A stretch of 58,260 nucleotides of DNA from a virus. Lineage: Duplodnaviria; Caudoviricetes. The notes beneath the pieces are model-generated. The model was given only the letters and a program-made list of their open reading frames with translations. It ran no database searches and was not told the DNA's origin. The position numbers and the translations under genes were made by a program. Position 1 is the stretch's first letter; the number at the start of each line of letters is the position of its first letter. The DNA is taken from positions 1 through 58,260 of the IMG/VR virus record IMGVR_UViG_3300042344_000667. One strand, given 5' to 3'. Below are positions 56,800 through 58,260 of the stretch, piece by piece.

Positions 56800-57885
56800 A
56801 TGCAAACCACAGCAACCGCCACCCGTTGCGCCCCCGTGAGGATGCCGGCTGATATCAGCGCCCACCTGGCCCGGTTTGGCCTCACCCTGGGCGACCTGTT
56901 GACGGATTCAAACCCCAAAATGCAAAAGGGCAGCGCTCAGGCTGTGGGGGTGATTCTTCACCACCTGCCCGCGCGCGCCCTGGCTGCCGCTGTCACCCCC
57001 GGGCACCGGGGCAGCACAGCACCCCGTAGTTATTTGCCCGCCCTCGCCCACCTGGCCGATAGAGAGGGGCTGGGCGAACAGGCCCGCGCCCATAACGGCT
57101 GCCCCTGGGCTACGGCTGGCTGTGCTGCCGGCTGTCTCAACTGGGCGGGCCACGGGGGGCTTAGCCCGGCTGTTGCTGCTGCTCGTGGGCGTCGCACTCT
57201 TGCGATGCTGGCGGATCCTGGCCTTTACGGGCGGGCGATTCTGTGGGCGATCGTGAGGGCGTGGGCGCGCGCCCAGGCTCAGGGGCTGCCCCTGGCCGTG
57301 AGACTGCGCGGAACCGATGAAGGCCCCCGGTGCGGCTGGCATCGGCTGGGGTTGCTTGTGCCGGTTGCTGATGCTGTGGCCCTGGCCCATAGGTTTGGCG
57401 CTGCTATCAGCCCCGGGGCCGTCACTCTGGCCGAGGCTTTGGGCGTCTTGCGCAGTGAGGGCGCTCTCTACCTTTATGAGTATTCAAAGGCGCCCCTATC
57501 AGGCCCTTTGGGGCTCTGGGCTCAGGCTGATGCCGGGTTTGACGTGACAGCCAGCCTGGCTGCCGATCGGGCTACGGCTGTGGCTGATGCGGCCCTGGCT
57601 GTTCGCGCGGGATTCCGGTTGGCTGTGCCCGTGGCCCTGCGCAAGGGGCAGCCGCTGCCGGTGGCCCTCGCCCTGGCCCCGGATCACGGGCCAGCCGTAA
57701 CGGTGCCTTGCGTTAACGGTGACCTCTCAGATCACAGGTGGGCGGATCCTGAGGGCGTAGCCGTGATCCTGCGCAGCAAAATGAGCCGAGGGGCAGGGCC
57801 TGAGGCTGCCCCGTTCCACCTGGCCCCGATCGCTGACGCCCAGCCCCTGGCTGATGGGGCCGCCCGTCTGATCTGGGCGCCCTGA
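56800..57885 (+). CDS. GP88-like protein with radical-SAM-like Cys motif
   Basis: NPKMQK, CPWATAGCAAGCL, VRLRGTDE, YEYSK, NGDLSDHRWADP. Confidence 0.7.
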   Translation: MQTTATATRCAPVRMPADISAHLARFGLTLGDLLTDSNPKMQKGSAQAVGVILHHLPARALAAAVTPGHRGSTAPRSYLPALAHLADREGLGEQARAHNGCPWATAGCAAGCLNWAGHGGLSPAVAAARGRRTLAMLADPGLYGRAILWAIVRAWARAQAQGLPLAVRLRGTDEGPRCGWHRLGLLVPVADAVALAHRFGAAISPGAVTLAEALGVLRSEGALYLYEYSKAPLSGPLGLWAQADAGFDVTASLAADRATAVADAALAVRAGFRLAVPVALRKGQPLPVALALAPDHGPAVTVPCVNGDLSDHRWADPEGVAVILRSKMSRGAGPEAAPFHLAPIADAQPLADGAARLIWAP

Positions 57886-57911
57886 GCCTTATCCCATAGC
57901 CTCAGCTCCTG

Positions 57912-57944
57912 GCCCTCGCCCTTTACCGGGCGGGGGCTTTTGTT
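57912..57944 (+). terminator. Intrinsic terminator closing the terminal module
   Basis: GCCCTCGCCC-TTTACC-GGGCGGGGGC hairpin plus TTTTGTT. Confidence 0.7.
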
Positions 57945-58247
57945 GTGCCCTCGCCCTGTTGATCGGGCGGGGCTTTGCTGTGCCGAGCGTGGGCAGTTGC
58001 GCCCCGGTTGCTGTCACACTGGGCGGCTGATTCCAGCCCGGGCGCCCCGTAACTTGGCTTGCAATTGCGCAGGGGTGAGCATCAGCAACCGCCCCGCAAT
58101 ATCGGCAGCCGCCCGCCCTCATTGGTGGGCTTTTGTATTTGTATTTGTATTTGCGAAAATCTGCTAAGTGTTAGAAACCCCTTGCAATCCTAAGTGCTGC
58201 AAATATCTTTATACAAACTCGGGTCCCTCTGGCGCCCGGGACTCGCG

Positions 58248-58260
58248 AGGTAATTCGAAT
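58248..58260. repeat. 13-bp terminal direct repeat (right copy)
   Basis: Identical to 1-13. Confidence 0.75.

Overview
This window looks like one complete ~58.3 kb genome of a long-tailed (siphovirus-type) phage with a lambda-like (gpA-type) packaging and head module. The host is probably a picocyanobacterium (Synechococcus/Cyanobium-like); this is inferred from gene content only. The first and last 13 nt are identical (AGGTAATTCGAAT) and lie just upstream of terS, as expected of a cos end. Layout: packaging, head and tail genes (0.2-30.2 kb, +); lysis genes and dcd (30.2-32.9 kb, +); nucleotide metabolism, recombination and many small accessory genes (32.8-47.5 kb, mostly -); a primase-helicase followed by an ori-like inverted repeat (47.6-50.9 kb). 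The right arm carries a truncated NAD-dependent ligase, an RlpA-like gene, an AT-rich element, a 10 x 26-bp palindromic tandem array, and a very GC-rich 3.8 kb terminal gene module whose genes share leader motifs. I saw no integrase, classical repressor, DNA polymerase, tRNA or CRISPR array. The best leads are: the array plus terminal module (possibly a first-injected region with a boundary element), an apparent -1 frameshift in the holin-like gene, a head polyprotein carrying a HiPIP-like Cys motif, and a minimal LigA. All calls come from motif recognition by eye; no searches were run.
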